Shown here one piece after another: positions 1-28,300 of a stretch of 64,000 nucleotides of DNA. The stretch comes from Tubulanus polymorphus. Its lineage: Eukaryota > Animalia > Nemertea. Position 1 is the stretch's first letter. Each line of letters begins with the position of its first letter. The stretch spans positions 19,130,150 through 19,194,149 of the forward strand of contig NC_134026.1 of assembly GCF_964204645.1 (NCBI RefSeq), in the 5' to 3' direction. Below the pieces are notes generated by a model, which was given only the letters and a program-made list of their open reading frames with translations, ran no database searches and was not told the origin of the DNA. The position numbers were made by a program, and so were the translations under genes.

Positions 1-651
1 CCAAACATGGAACCCTTAACCTATATTGGTGTATTTTAGTATATATAGAGGGCAGGATAATGGATGGATTGGAACAAGACCTAGCCATCAAAAGGTGGTT
101 GTGAACTATACGATATAGGCTTGGATTTAACTTCCGGGTAGTTGATTAATCTCGCGAGAATGGTGCTAAATCAAAATATAAACTGGAAATGAATTCAAAA
201 TATCACAGAAATACCTTGTGTTGATATTGTTAATTTATCCGCTATTAAGTTCTGGTAAACAATTGACTGTTCAGTATCAGTATCAGGAGTCCTGCTGGCT
301 GTTGACAGTGTGTGGGAAACACTTCAAAGGCCGCCCCGTCGTGAGGTTGAATGAATAATCCAATGGGGTTAGTCTTGGGAAACCAAGATCCAAGCGACGT
401 AAAGCCAAAACAAACAAACGAAGCGGTCGCAGCTCTATTACTATATGAAACCAGCTTGCTAAATCAGTATCAATAGTGCGTCATAATCATCACAATTTGG
501 AGGCATGGTATAGTTAACAGTTAGTCGTATTGCGGGATAAAGGTTTCTTACTTCGGAACCGACTTCGCCAGATTTCGACTGCCCCCAGGTCCTGCGAGTT
601 AGAGCTAGGCATTACGGCGATAGCATCGTTCAATCGTCTCTTTGTTTTAAG

Positions 652-3005
652 GTCAGGAAGACGACACAATTGACTACGATGAAGGAACGAAGATAACACC
701 GTTCAATATGAAAGAGGAAATGGAAGAAGGCCATTTCGACACGGAAGGCACATATATTTTCAAATCAAACAAGGTAATGGTGACATTAGAAAGTACGCAA
801 AAGAAGATGAAGTCTATCCTTATAGTTATCGGAGTACGGAAGCGATAAAGGGCCTCCAGTTGTCGCGTTCCAACTCGATAAGTCGCCATATTTATGTTGA
901 TAAATCGCGTCAAGTCGACATCATTATGTCGACATATGGTGACATTTTTACAAAAAAATTTGCTCTTTTGCCCATTTTCCACGGAACAAGCCGTCATTTG
1001 AAGACACGTCGAAATATAAAACGAGGATGCCAGTAATATGATGACTGAGTTGAGTTTCAAGTAACATAAATATGTCTCCTTGTTGATTTGGAACGCGAAA
1101 TCTGGAGGCACTTTATCGGATCAGAGGCATTGTGTTTCGTGTCAAAATAAGAGCTTTGAAATTCATAGGCAGTAACAGTTTTTTATGCAACATGAAAGTT
1201 ACAAATCTGCCCGTTCGACTTTTCAGATTGAATTGCTGGAAGCCATGTTTTGAACTTGCCGATGGCATCGTAGAAATTATTTAACTTAAATGTACAAAGG
1301 AAAATTCTATTTTCAGCACAAAATCTAACCCCTACATTATTTCGGCAAGAGAACTTGATAACAATGTCATTCAAATTCACAGTGATGTGACTAGAAAAAT
1401 TAGTTGGCAAAGTCTGTTGATGTAGTGCAGAGCCGTCGGAAGGAATTTTTCAGTGGCGAGGCTTATTTCTGAAGGGTGGTCTGGGGACCCTCCCCTAGAA
1501 AATTTTGAAAATTCAATCGCCGGAGATGCGTTTTGGGGCCATTTTACGGTCTCATTTGCAGAAGCATGAGAAGTCGTGAGCCAACCACCTAGAACAGAGA
1601 ACGAAGAGCTGCTACGCGGTACAGCGTGCTTTTGAAAAAAATTTTTGTTAAGCAAAAAAGTGCCAAAGCCGCCCCTGCCGCCCCTGTTCCGACGGCCCTG
1701 TAGTGTTACCATTTATATATGGATCTATGCATATTTTGTTACCAAATTCAATTGCAAAGTCGTAGCTCATGACGTTTTCTATAATTGTTGGATGTTTCAA
1801 GGTCATTGCTTTCTGTATGTGTTCAGCAAGGTGTGTTGAATATTGAAATAGTTGGATTGTCGAGCATTCGAGACCACTTCCCAATTGGGCATAGTGTCCG
1901 TGCGTACTCCTAAGTAGTTCTTGATAACAAATTGTTCAAAATGAAATTTTCCCATGTCGATATTTTTTCATATTATTTATTAATTGTGTCTGGTAGGATG
2001 AAATTCAAGATAACTGGCTGGATAACATAGACTGGGTGAAAGTGAAACAAATTCCAAAACAGGACGAAACGCAGAAAACGAACAAAGATGATGATGATGA
2101 TGATGATGACGCCGATCTTCCTGAACTCGATAAGCTTAGTACATATGAGAAAATATTGACTCTCGTAAAGCCCGGCGAGAGCGTAATGAAAGCGATAAAA
2201 AGGCTCGGTGGCAAAAAAGTGTCGGCCGCTACGTCTGCCAGTCAAAAATGGAACAAGAAAAAAAAGAAAGCCTCCGACGGCAATAAGGTCGAGGTGGATG
2301 AACCGGGAGTAGATAAGGAGGCTATGTTAAGACTGACCGAGTACGCAGATGCGTTGATGCAGTCGGGCGAATTCGATGCGTACTCCGACACGTACGAGAA
2401 AATCAGTTTCAAATTGAAAATGTTGAAACCGCCTAAGCCGCTTGATGCCGAAAGCGAATTGGATATGTTCGCAGACGATTTCGATTCAAAGGACGAGTCG
2501 AAAACGACGAGCAGTCAGAGCGCGCTGAAAAGTGCAGAACAAAAACCAGAAGGTACGTATGAAGGGCATGAAGATTGCCCCTTTAATTGGACTTGAAATC
2601 AGTTTCAGAGTAATTAGCTGCACTAATTAGCTAAAGTTTAGCTAATTAGCTTTGTCTAATCCATGTTGTTACTTCGAGATTAAAATGATTTAAAAGTGGT
2701 GTTAATCCAGATTAAAACAGATTTATTTTAGGGGGGGCATTTGTCCTAGAATCCATTTACTGTAAGGAAGTTTACATTGCTGTATGAAATGTTTTGGCAT
2801 TTCAGGCAGCACCAACGACAACGTAATGTGGGAGTACAAGTGGGAAGATAAACACGATGCCGAACTGCACGGTCCGTACACTAGCGATCAGATGATGAAC
2901 TGGGCGGACGATGGCTATTTCGGTGATGGCGTCCTCGTACGTAAATGCGGATCAGGTGCTCAGTTCTATAATTCAAGACGAATTGACTTTGATCTGTATA
3001 CATAA
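652..3005 (+). CDS. CD2BP2: CD2 antigen cytoplasmic tail-binding protein 2 (U5-52K, GYF domain); last three coding exons, 5' exons lie before the window
   Basis: Exons 652-773 ([37 protein letters not shown]), 1997-2552 ([17 protein letters not shown]...[17 protein letters not shown]) and 2806-3005 (WEYKW...[17 protein letters not shown]...[13 protein letters not shown]). All junctions are GT-AG and phase-compatible. The ITPFN..EEGHFD, WLDNIDW, GYF and terminal IDFDLYT motifs are CD2BP2/Lin1 hallmarks. AATAAA near 3259 and 3593. Confidence 0.96.
1428..1700. mobile_element. hAT-like MITE in a CD2BP2 intron
   Basis: TIR CAGAGCCGTCGGAA / TTCCGACGGCCCTG; flanked on both sides by TAGTG. Confidence 0.75.
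1710..1915 (+). mobile_element. HINE family A 3' fragment
   Basis: One tandem unit (CATATTTTGTTACC...TTTCAAGGTCATTG) plus the terminal ACCACTTCCCAATTGGGCATAGTGTCC. Confidence 0.75.
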
Positions 3006-3954
3006 CAATCTACTACGTACAATTGATCCACTTTGTTGGCATTGTGTGTTATATTTTGCTTGGATTTTTAGGTCTGTTTGTCCATAACCTCAGAATTACT
3101 GTTTTAGACTACCATAGCTTTTGTTAATGCTGATTACATGAATTGTTAACTGTGAGACCTTGTTGCATGAACTTTTCAATTGCTACATTGGTAAGTCATA
3201 CCCATATATCATTTGTTATTTAACTACATACTAACTACCAACATTTTTCAGATCAGAAAATAAATTTAAAATGTATGATCTATTGGGGATATTATTTATA
3301 CGGTCCAGCTAAACATGTGTACTGTATGCCTGTGTGGAATCAGAATTTCTCATACACCTAAGTGTATTTCACTGTATAAACATGTACATAGTACTACTAA
3401 TTATAATGTTAAAATTGAAATAGAAATATGACATACATAGACTATTTTAGTCAGTACCAGTATTGGCCGATACTGTTGTCATCCTGTTTAGGTTTAAGCC
3501 AAACTAGCATTTTTCATAGAATTTACCAACTTGTAAGTGGTAAATAATGCTCTTTTATATTTATACCATTATGGTATGTATAAAGATAGATGAATAAAAT
3601 ATGTTTGCTATAAATTGATTTGGTGCTTGTTAGATGGATTGATTGGTACCAACTGTGTCATAAGGATTACAATATTCACCATATCCTGACATTTGAAAAT
3701 ATATGGGAATAAACTCCTGCCTGCTTTACGACATTGGAGGGGCTGTGAAAGCTCACAGTTCACATGGGACCCATTCGATTCACAAATGACGTCCACCGAA
3801 AAACAACCTTTTTCAGCCACTTCCCATGTCCACTTAAATTCTGCAATACTACAGCCTGTCCCCGATTCGATGGATAGGATAACACTCTGGAGCACTCGCT
3901 AATTAGAGGCAACCATGAGTCTACAGTAAATGACTTCAACTATATTTTACTGCT

Positions 3955-5190
3955 TTTTAGTCCTCTTGGGACTTTAGTCCCAGCGGGCTATTGCGTTCAC
4001 TTTTCGTCCGTCCGTCCGTAGATGGAATCCAGTTATTTTGGGAAGTTTTGAAGACGCTTCAAGGTAATGTTTTGACATGTATCTACCCTAGACACATCTC
4101 CAGCCCAAAAACTGGCCCTGTCAGATTCAAGATGGCCGACTGGCAGCCATTGTTGTTCGCCAAAATCTGCACTTTTTACACATTTTTGAAGTTTTCGAGG
4201 GAAATTTTGAAGACGCTTTTATCAATTTATTACCTTGATCTTCCGTATATATTTGTATTCCCCAAGGGCCCATCAGCATGAGCAAAATTGGGTCGATCAG
4301 ACTCAAGATGGCCGTCCTGTGACCTTTTTTGTGCCCAAAAATGTCAATTTTGGCTTGAATTCTTGAATCCTAATGGTTTACCATTTTTCATTGCAATTGC
4401 TGATGGTGGATATTCTTTGGAAAGGGATGTTTTATACCCGAGATAAGTATATTTGATCAGGCAATTATGATGCAATTAGTGGCCATCTTGTTGTCATCAG
4501 TACTCATTCGTAGGTGGAAAAAAGTTTTTCCACATTATATTGTTGATATTTAAGCATATTTTCTTACCACAATCGATTGGAAAGTTGTAGCTCGTGACAT
4601 GGTTTATGATTGTGGTGAATTTGAAGGTCATTGTTTTTGTATATGGCCACCAGGGGGCCTTGAACGATACAATAACTTAGTATTTCTGTATTATATTTGT
4701 ACCTATGCATATTTTGCTACCACAATAAATTGGAAAGTTATAGCTCATAACATGGTCTATGATAGTGGCGAGTTTCAAGGACATTAGTTATTCTATATGG
4801 TCACTAGGGGCTTTTAATAGTAGAATAACTCAGTATTTCCTTATTATATTGGAACCTAGGCATATTTTGTTACCATGATCAATTGCAAAGTTGTGACATG
4901 TTCTATGATTATGGTAAGTTTCAAGGTCATTGGGCTTCCCATATGGTCACCAGGGGGCGTTGAATAGTAGAATAACTTAGTATTTCCATCATATTGGTAA
5001 CTAGGCATATTTATCAGTTTTACAATCAATTACAAAATTGTAGCTGCTGACATGTTCTATGATTGTGGTGAGTTTCAAGGTCTTTGGATTTTTTCAAGGT
5101 CATTGAATGGGGCGTTGAATATTGAAATTGTTAGATCGTTGAGCATCTGAAAACACTGCCCACGCTGGCATGGTGTCCCTGGACCCTAGT
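3955..5190 (+). mobile_element. Full-length HINE family A copy without LINE
   Basis: Colinear with 34657-37852: same 5' hairpin, TCCG repeat, CAAGATGGCCG motifs and 3' GTGTCCCTGGACCCTAGT end. About four tandem units start near 4555, 4709, 4861 and 5006. Confidence 0.85.
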
Positions 5191-6341
5191 TAAAATATAA
5201 TTTGAAAATGGTAAGCTCTATGTAACCACTTGCAAGTAGGCTACCTTCTTTTCAGTCGAGGCACACATCTAAAAAATATTACCCTTGGCATAAGCCACAT
5301 CTACACTTGAGACCTGGGTTTCACATCTACACTTCACTAGAACCAATGCAGTTTTTAGCAAAAGGTTTAGAAAACCTTGAAAAAGAGTTCACTCCGCATT
5401 AAACCCTCGTATGCATCAGACTTGAACATAGCAAAGCCTGTTTTCCTCAAAGCAGATGCTCACAATAAGGATAAGGATGTTCATACTTTTAGCAGCATTT
5501 GCAAGACCAAATGGACCTTTTCCCAGTTACGAACTACCATCCATGATAGACTCAAACTATGTTGGCAGGGCCTTGTGCCCAGGAAATAAAATCGGTCTTG
5601 TCCTAAGGGTGTGATCAAGTTGGAACCAGTTCCTGTTGTATTTCGATTCTCCATTATATTTTTGTCTTGAACACCATCATAGCAATGTCAAGCTGTCTAA
5701 ATGTAGTGTAGAAAAACAATAATATATACGTTTCACAAACATTTATTGATTTCATAATGAAAATCGTACATTATTTTTTTAAATCAACACGCATTTGCAA
5801 TGCTACTTAACAATATATCAGTCAAATGTGTTTCGAGTAAATGCAAACAAAAAATGGGATGACTGGCAGAAATCACTCCTCGTACGCAATGAAATACTCC
5901 AAAAAGAAGTGAGACTAACAATAACAGTCGAACCTACCTCGATAGCTCAATCTGGGTGCGTCCATCTTATTAAGCGAACTTCGTGTAAAACGATATGGTA
6001 TTTTTACGAGAATTCAATCCGAGATCAGTTCGTGCAAGTATCGTTTACCAATGGTCGCCACTGAATTTATTTACCATAGAAATGAACAGGACACAATCAA
6101 AATATCCATCGATCGTACAACTGGGTTATTTTACTTAGATTCAACTAGGGGGGAATTCATCCGAATCATTAGATTTTATGTAATATTCTTTTCATGCAAA
6201 ATGTTTTTTCGGTGGTATTTTTCACAGGATTCATTAAGTGACGCTCTTTTCACCATCGAAGTCGCAACTATCATAAACTTACATGTAGTTCTATCGATTG
6301 AAATACTTTGATAAATTCTACGTTCATTCTATATTCTACAA

Positions 6342-6908
6342 TAGAGTCAACCTTGATTAATCCATACCAACAAAAATACATGTAATTTTGGTATCACTTA
6401 GTTCTATGAATCAACTACAATCGATATCCAATATGATATGATAGCCGTTTTTACGGATGGTTAAATTGCCTACCGGTATTTAAAATTTATTATTTTAAAT
6501 ACGAAACCAGGCATCATCATTAAATGCAGAAGCTTGAGACTATGACATCGATGGAATACTTAAGTGTCTTCAGGAGTTTCTCATATTTCCCACTGAGCAC
6601 ATAAACCTCATTACGGTACATGTATAATTAAATACAGTTGTTTGTATTCTTTCTCACCACTAATGTATGTTCCCGACAGCTGTTATGGATTACGCACATG
6701 GTTTTACATAGAACATTTTCGTTTAGATCGTTTAACATTGGGCAACAGGCCTGCGTATTTGTCTACAAAATAATTGAAAATACGGATTGTAGAGTATCAA
6801 TTAGACACAGAAACTTAACGGGAATAATGTTACTTATTAAAAACCAGGACCAATTAATCAATACGGAATAAGCACTTACATGGGTACGGATAAACTGAGG
6901 TTGACTGC
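6342..6908. mobile_element. Tc1/pogo (Tigger-like) MITE
   Basis: Imperfect TIR AGTCAACCTTGATTAATCCATAC / GTACGGATAAACTGAGGTTGACT. Confidence 0.55.
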
Positions 6909-7271
6909 ATATGTACACGCATTAAAACTAGCTGAAATGATATCGTCTTAAAATGAACCACCCAAGAATTTCGGTAAGGGGATGTCCATAAAAACATACC
7001 GGCGTTGGTTCGACTGTAGTTATTTTTCTTGTTTCAACTCATCAGAAGTTCATTTAACAAAATTTCGAATTCAATTACGAATTGTCATCTCAAAAAGTTA
7101 TGAAAATATACCGACTATAGGTAATTCAGTCTAAGCAGCAGTCATGATATATCATTTGCAATATGGCGTAAATACCTGCAGATGCAATACATAAAATCCC
7201 CAAATGCTATGAAGAACATTGATTTTCTTACTTCGTAACTGACCTAAACATAAAAAGCCATATATATTCGT

Positions 7272-7539
7272 TTAACCTTTTCAGTGTGTCTACACCACAG
7301 TGCAGTATATAAATGGGTGATGGACTTGTATTGACATTATTAGTAATAGTTTTTATCTCCATTGGAAGATAGTAGCACCTATCAAACATTGTGAAATATA
7401 AGTAACTAATGATATGCCACAGTGTAGAGGCACTAAAGCGGTATGCCTGTTATTGAACATACTGGGGTGGAATCTTCAAAAAAATTTGAATTATCTCCAG
7501 CAATTTCGGGAATTGATTTGTCAGCATCGAAAGGGTTAA
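7272..7539. mobile_element. piggyBac-like MITE
   Basis: TTAA-CCTTTTCAGTG ... CAGCATCGAAAGGG-TTAA. A homologous copy lies at 49698-49968. Confidence 0.75.
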
Positions 7540-9701
7540 AGTATACTTGAAAAGTATAAAACTTGTACTTAGTGTACTTGCGCACAGTCAAGAACGTTTA
7601 CATTACACATGTATTACACGTATACAGAATGTTACGCAATCGAGCTGCATTACATCGTCATCGAAAAAAAGTGCCCCCGAAACATGTACAATAAATCCAT
7701 TTGTAACGAACTCATTATCACAGACGCTTCCGCAAAAATCATTTATAAAAACACGATTAGATTTACAAATATCCACACATACAACAATATTGACAAACCC
7801 GGTATACACATCGAGAGTATGCACTAGTATATAAACATCTAGAAAATTCAAAAATTATATATTTTGACATTCATCTGTTGTCTTTCTATCTTTCTTTAAA
7901 AACTCGATCTATACAGCAGACTCCACTCAAGTCTACTTTTTGGACCATATATGGTCCGACTTCGCGATACCTGAGCTGGATAGGATATAGGTCTCATACA
8001 TATCGAGTCAGAAAAATATTTCAAAAAAATATCCGAGTTGGTTGGATCCTGCTTGAGCAGAGTCTACTGTATATTATTCTGTATATGTCGTGGTGTTTCA
8101 TCGAGAGAAATTCTACCAAATATATTGCTGATTTTATCACTTCGATTGCCTTACCGGTATAAGCATTCTACATCATATGGTAAAAAACTTTAAAAGATAC
8201 AGACTTCCTATTCGAAGTTTGATGTATCTATGCTAACCTTACCATGCTCAGACACACTCGAATTGGATATTTGCAAAATATGAACTGAAATGTTTCACAT
8301 TTTCAACAATGATACAACCATCTCGAACACAGGCCCTTTTCAACTCAGTGTGGTCCTAATTCGAGCGAGTTTAGCACAAAATGTATAACCCATTTAGATG
8401 TAAGCCATGCGCGCATAAAATCCTATGCCATTGCACAGAACAATGAGAATTTCCATTCAAAGCCTCTGCGAAGATATCCATGGAACACTTGTTATAATAT
8501 GCTATCTCAGATATAGGAATCGGTAATAATTCATTAGATGTTACAAACGAAACATTGAGAAAATTTAATTGAATGCCCCGCTGAATTATCTTTTCTTATC
8601 ATAAGATTGATTTTCTAGCCAATGAAGTTTGTTTTTAAGTGAATGACTGAGATTTTAGTACCAGGTATAATAGGCAGCTATCAAGTTCATAGCAAGCTAA
8701 AGAATGTTTGCTTCCAAGCTGATATGGATCTATAGTAGGGATATTCAAAAACATTATGAAGATCAATTACAAGTAAAGTTTCCATGTGTACAAATAAAAA
8801 TTTGATTTCAGTTTGTCAATAACTTTTGACTCAATCATCTAATCAGATCTGATTTGGTTTTAGATAAATATATAACTAACTGCTATGTTTTTAGTTTGAA
8901 TCATCATTATTTGTCATATTTTTGTGTGAAGCACATAGATTATGTATATAGAATCGTGCTACGCATTATATGAATAAATAAACTATTTTTAATGCATTTG
9001 CAGCCACCTAAAAATTGCCATACTTCCAGTTCCGCCGTAATTACCACTACAAGTCTTTTTGTAATCAATTATTCTGGTTCCTTCTACTTTGATATTTTCA
9101 CTATACAAATAATGATCATAATCAGTACTATATCATAATGATCAGTATATCACTGTCAAGGAAGCAAGGAGACACTGCTATGCTAAACCAGGCACCTTCC
9201 AGCCTAAACTAAGTGTGAAATCTTGTTTGGCTCATCCTTCCTTGGCTGGGCCTCGAATCTGCTGGCATTGTGACTCTGCAACAGCACAGTTACAGTGCTA
9301 ATATAATTGCATAGCATTGCCTCGATGTCATCAGAAATCATGTTTCATTTTTGCCGCAGTTATTCCATGTATATACTACAAGGAATCTGCATGACTACAT
9401 GCGCACTAGGTCTACGGTTTCGGGCGGGGGTTTGTACTGTGGCAGAGAGGATCCGTTAGGCTTGGAAACATATACAAAATTTTCCTTGTCAAAATTCTTT
9501 CACAATTACATAATATTACAGATACTCTATTACAAAACATCTTTACATTCATAATAAGATTGAGAGTGACCATAATATACATGTAAGGCAGATTTTATGT
9601 ACCCTGGCAGAGGTAAACACCTACAGCAGGCAACATTAAGTAATCACAGTTACACATATACGAAGTATACATTCTTACGCGAAAAACCCACGCGGTACAT
9701 T

Positions 9702-24512
<14,811 letters not shown>

Positions 24513-25303
24513 TACTTTCTCCAATTTCTGTCGAGACAATAACTAATTGAGAACGGCGCCTACAAAATAGTGATTATGAAACATTCATAGGGCATAGAAA
24601 TAAACCATAAATCGAGGGTCCTGCTGCTCCCCTTCTTGCCCTCTAAGTTTCGTATAAGATAACCTGAATTAATGAAGGAATTAAATCAATTTAAGAGTTA
24701 AACCTTTTTGTGAAACTGGACCCAGTGTATGTTACCTCTTTTGCTTAGCCTTTAGGCCTACTCAATAAGGCTAATGTTAGTACACACACAGACTCCGTGG
24801 TGTGGTGACTATTTTCTTCTTCACATAAAAAACGCTGCAGAACCAGATCAATCACCAATCAACTGCACGCACAATCATGAAATATCAACCAGTACGTTTC
24901 GACTGAACAGTATAGTAGACCAAGCAAGGCCTATCCGCACACATAGAAACCAGTTGTCAGACACAAAATGAGATGTTCAAATTTTGATCATATCATCTTA
25001 ATTTTGACAGTTCGACCATTGCGTCTGACACTAAAAGTCGGGTAGCGGACTTTTCTGGTACATCATTATCCAGGCCCGATAATGTGCCTTTAGAAACTCT
25101 TGTCCGCTGAAAATGATATGACAACTGAAAAGGACATATTCATATGTGTATCTGTTCACCTAAGTAGGAAGCCTACGGACTTTTGGGGAATTTGTTATCT
25201 ATTCCTTTTTAGAGTCCGCTTCAGAGACTAAAACGCGAATGTCGGACTGCATTGTGGATATTCATTTCCGTGTCTGTCGAACGAGTGGATTGTTTGTTTT
25301 TCA
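24513..25303. promoter_or_regulatory. Putative bidirectional promoter region of UBE3B and SPRING1
   Basis: The divergent ATGs are only about 790 bp apart. A minus-strand acceptor at about 24560 implies a further non-coding UBE3B exon inside this interval. CCAAT near 24855 and four CGGACT/AGTCCG words between about 25045 and 25250. Confidence 0.6.
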
Positions 25304-28300
25304 ATGTTTGGGTCAAGAATACTGAGAAAACGCTGGGTTCTGGTGGTTATATTTGGTCTGTCGCTGTTGTACTTTCTACATGCTACTCTATTCGAGGTAG
25401 GCTTATGTCACTGATTATCCTACCTTCAAAAGGGTCTAAACTTTTTATGATTCACTCTCTTAGTCTTATTACTTTCCACAGTCCACTGTACTGTCTGTTG
25501 GTGACAGTTGTGGCCTAAAAACAGTCAATCATTCAGTGTGGAACCTACCAATACGATTCTCCTTAAGACAAATCCGATTTATTACGATGATTTCCAGCAA
25601 ATCCTGGCTAAGATATTCAGGGTCCCTACAACTCCTTGATTCCTTGAAAACTCCTTCTAAACCAAAGATATTTTTCAAGGTACTTGAAATTGAATATGCT
25701 TGAATGTGAGCAAAATGCCCAAAAGTCCTTGAAAATTCCTTGAATTTTGAGGAATTGGCAATTTTTTGCCTCTGGGTCTACTTATTATATACCCAGAATT
25801 CCACCGAATTAAATGGTTTATTGAGAAAAACATTACTGATTTAGGAGGAGTCGACTGTAATTGAGATACGAAAGGGATACTGACACTACTCGAAATTTTC
25901 TCCTTGAAAAGTCCTTGAATTCTCGAATGACTGATATGTAGTAACCCTGATATTTATATCAATCAAGATTTGGATACAAAAACATTACCAAACCCATTAA
26001 ATAGGACAATTTCACTTTAGCGTATAATTCAGGCCTATAGGCCTACCAGTCCCACTGGATGTATAACGATTTTGTCATCTCGTGTAAATGAGTCAACTCA
26101 TTTTAAGTCTTAATGTACCTAACTCTGCTCAACTTAGTAGTATCTCAATGTTAGAAAATGCGTTTTTCAAAAATATTTTCTATCGCGTATTGCAGGACTG
26201 TAGCGTTACCTGTTCTAATGTCGCAAAACGAAAAGTTTTTTGCTTTGATGTTAAGTAAGAACCATAGCCTTGATTCGAAAATTAAACTTTAACTTAAAAT
26301 TTTTAAGTAGGCCTAGGTGAGGTGAGCAGCTTGTCAAAAGGGACAAGTTGTCTGTATCAGAGTAAGCCTACGAGTTGAGTCGGGTACGAGTTGACTTGCT
26401 ACCGTGACTTAAAGGAGGTTCCACTGTCTGGTACCAGGGAGGTGGCCCACCTCCGGCTGCTGGTACTAAGAATTATACCTGAAAATTCAATATGTGACCG
26501 ATGATATGAATGGCTCCGACCACAGAGAGGACTCGTATCAGAGTTGTAGGCATTGCAAAAATGATTAGACCCTATGTGTTAAATCCAGACTCGACTTAAC
26601 ACAATAGTTTTTTCCCAAAAAATTGCCGCAATCACACAATTTTCTATAGCCTGTGCATGGAGTCGACGATGTCAAATGGGCCCTTGCTAGATTTGGCTCT
26701 ACCAAAAATGCTGGACCGGGTCCATGCCAAATTTTTAGTTCATCAAATTATTGCTTATGGATGCTCATGGGTCCTGGAACTGACTCACTTAGTATCAAGT
26801 GAGTGGACACTTAGGCACGGGCAAAATTTGACTCGGGTCCGATTGTGGCCAGTTTGACCCGGGCCAAATCATCTCCCTGTGATCAATTGGGGCATATTGA
26901 ATTTTCAGCTTGTTTGAAAAGACATTGGGTGCCCTAGTTCAAACAGTTTTGGTAGACTAATGCATGCCTGATAGGCCTAAAGGTAGGCCTATGAAATGAC
27001 CAGCATAGATGGGCAGCTGAACAACACATGGATTAATAATCGATGTTTTAGTTCAGATGCCCATCTGTACTGGTCATTTTAAGATCTATATCAGATAGCT
27101 ATGTGCTACCAAAATAGAGTTAAAGTGTACTCTAAAGGTTTTAGTTTTATTTATCTCTAATGCGGTGCGGTAATGAAGTATCGTATCTTACCAGGTTCAG
27201 AAAAGGTTTACCAAAAGCATATTGTTTAGTAAACTTTATCTGCTAGTTTAAATTGTTTTGAATTTAACTTTCTCTCATCAGGATCGATTGGCATTATGAA
27301 AAATATTTTTTGTGGAGTCTGAAATTCTCATTTACAACCTGTCCAAGATGTCTTTTGAGAAAGCTTGTTCAGTTTCATTAGAAGTTGACGCGGCAAAAAG
27401 CAGAAAAACCGAGTCCATTTTAAATCATTTTTCCTACTGTAATAGCCTATAAAGCCATGAGAATGGAAGTATTATTTTTGTGTACCAATAGGGGTATTTT
27501 AGAAATGTATGAGGTTTATATCAATTTTCATCATTCACCGTTTTTTTTTCTTGGAATTCCAGATGATCATATTACAACTAATGAAACGAACAAATAGGCA
27601 TGGCTCTAATATAGTTGAATTCAGAAGACTCACTGATAAAATGCACACTAAAAATGTAGTAATAGCATATGCCTAATAGTAATGAATTTTTGCTAATAAT
27701 GAAATTTTGTTTGCGGGCATTTGGGCGCAAATCTAATACTTCCATTCTCATATCCTAACTGATAAACATTCGAGTAATCAGGGCCTAATCTTGTTCTTCA
27801 TACCGTGAGAAACCGATAGCAATCCATTAGCCTAAGTAGTATGAAGGAACCAGTAGTAATATGAAGTACGACTAACCAATTATAATCTGTAATAGTAATA
27901 AAGTAACCAATCGATAATACTTTGTAGCCGGCCTAACCTACACTTATTTATCTAAAGTAATATGAAGTAATCAATACGGGCCTATGGGTCTGCAATCTGT
28001 ACGAGTAAAAAGAAGTAACCGGTAGTACATAATCTAGAGTACCGTAATATGCCTATGATGTAAGCAATTAAATACTAATCAGTAGGCTTAGTATTTACTC
28101 CATATTTTATTATAGGTGATATTATGTACATAAAATGAATATAGGCCCTATGTGACGTTATTTGGGGATGAAACAATGACGCCATTGTCGTAGGACGTAT
28201 CGCAAATAAAGCTCAATCATGACATCGTGTTAAATCTATGAGTTAATCTTTATTTACTGCCGCAGCTCGAGGATAGGATCCCAGAACAATTGAGAAATAC

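Noticed and set aside
514-1884. Minus-strand ORFs of 61-145 aa and other short track ORFs in introns
   Set aside because: No recognisable motifs. They are antisense to real exons or lie inside repeats.
7025-7050. Minus-strand CTGATGA...GAAAC
   Set aside because: Only 3 nt lie between the boxes, so no stem II is possible.
24795-24812. Possible sterol response element in the UBE3B/SPRING1 promoter
   Set aside because: TCACCACAC only loosely matches TCACNCCAC; expected by chance.
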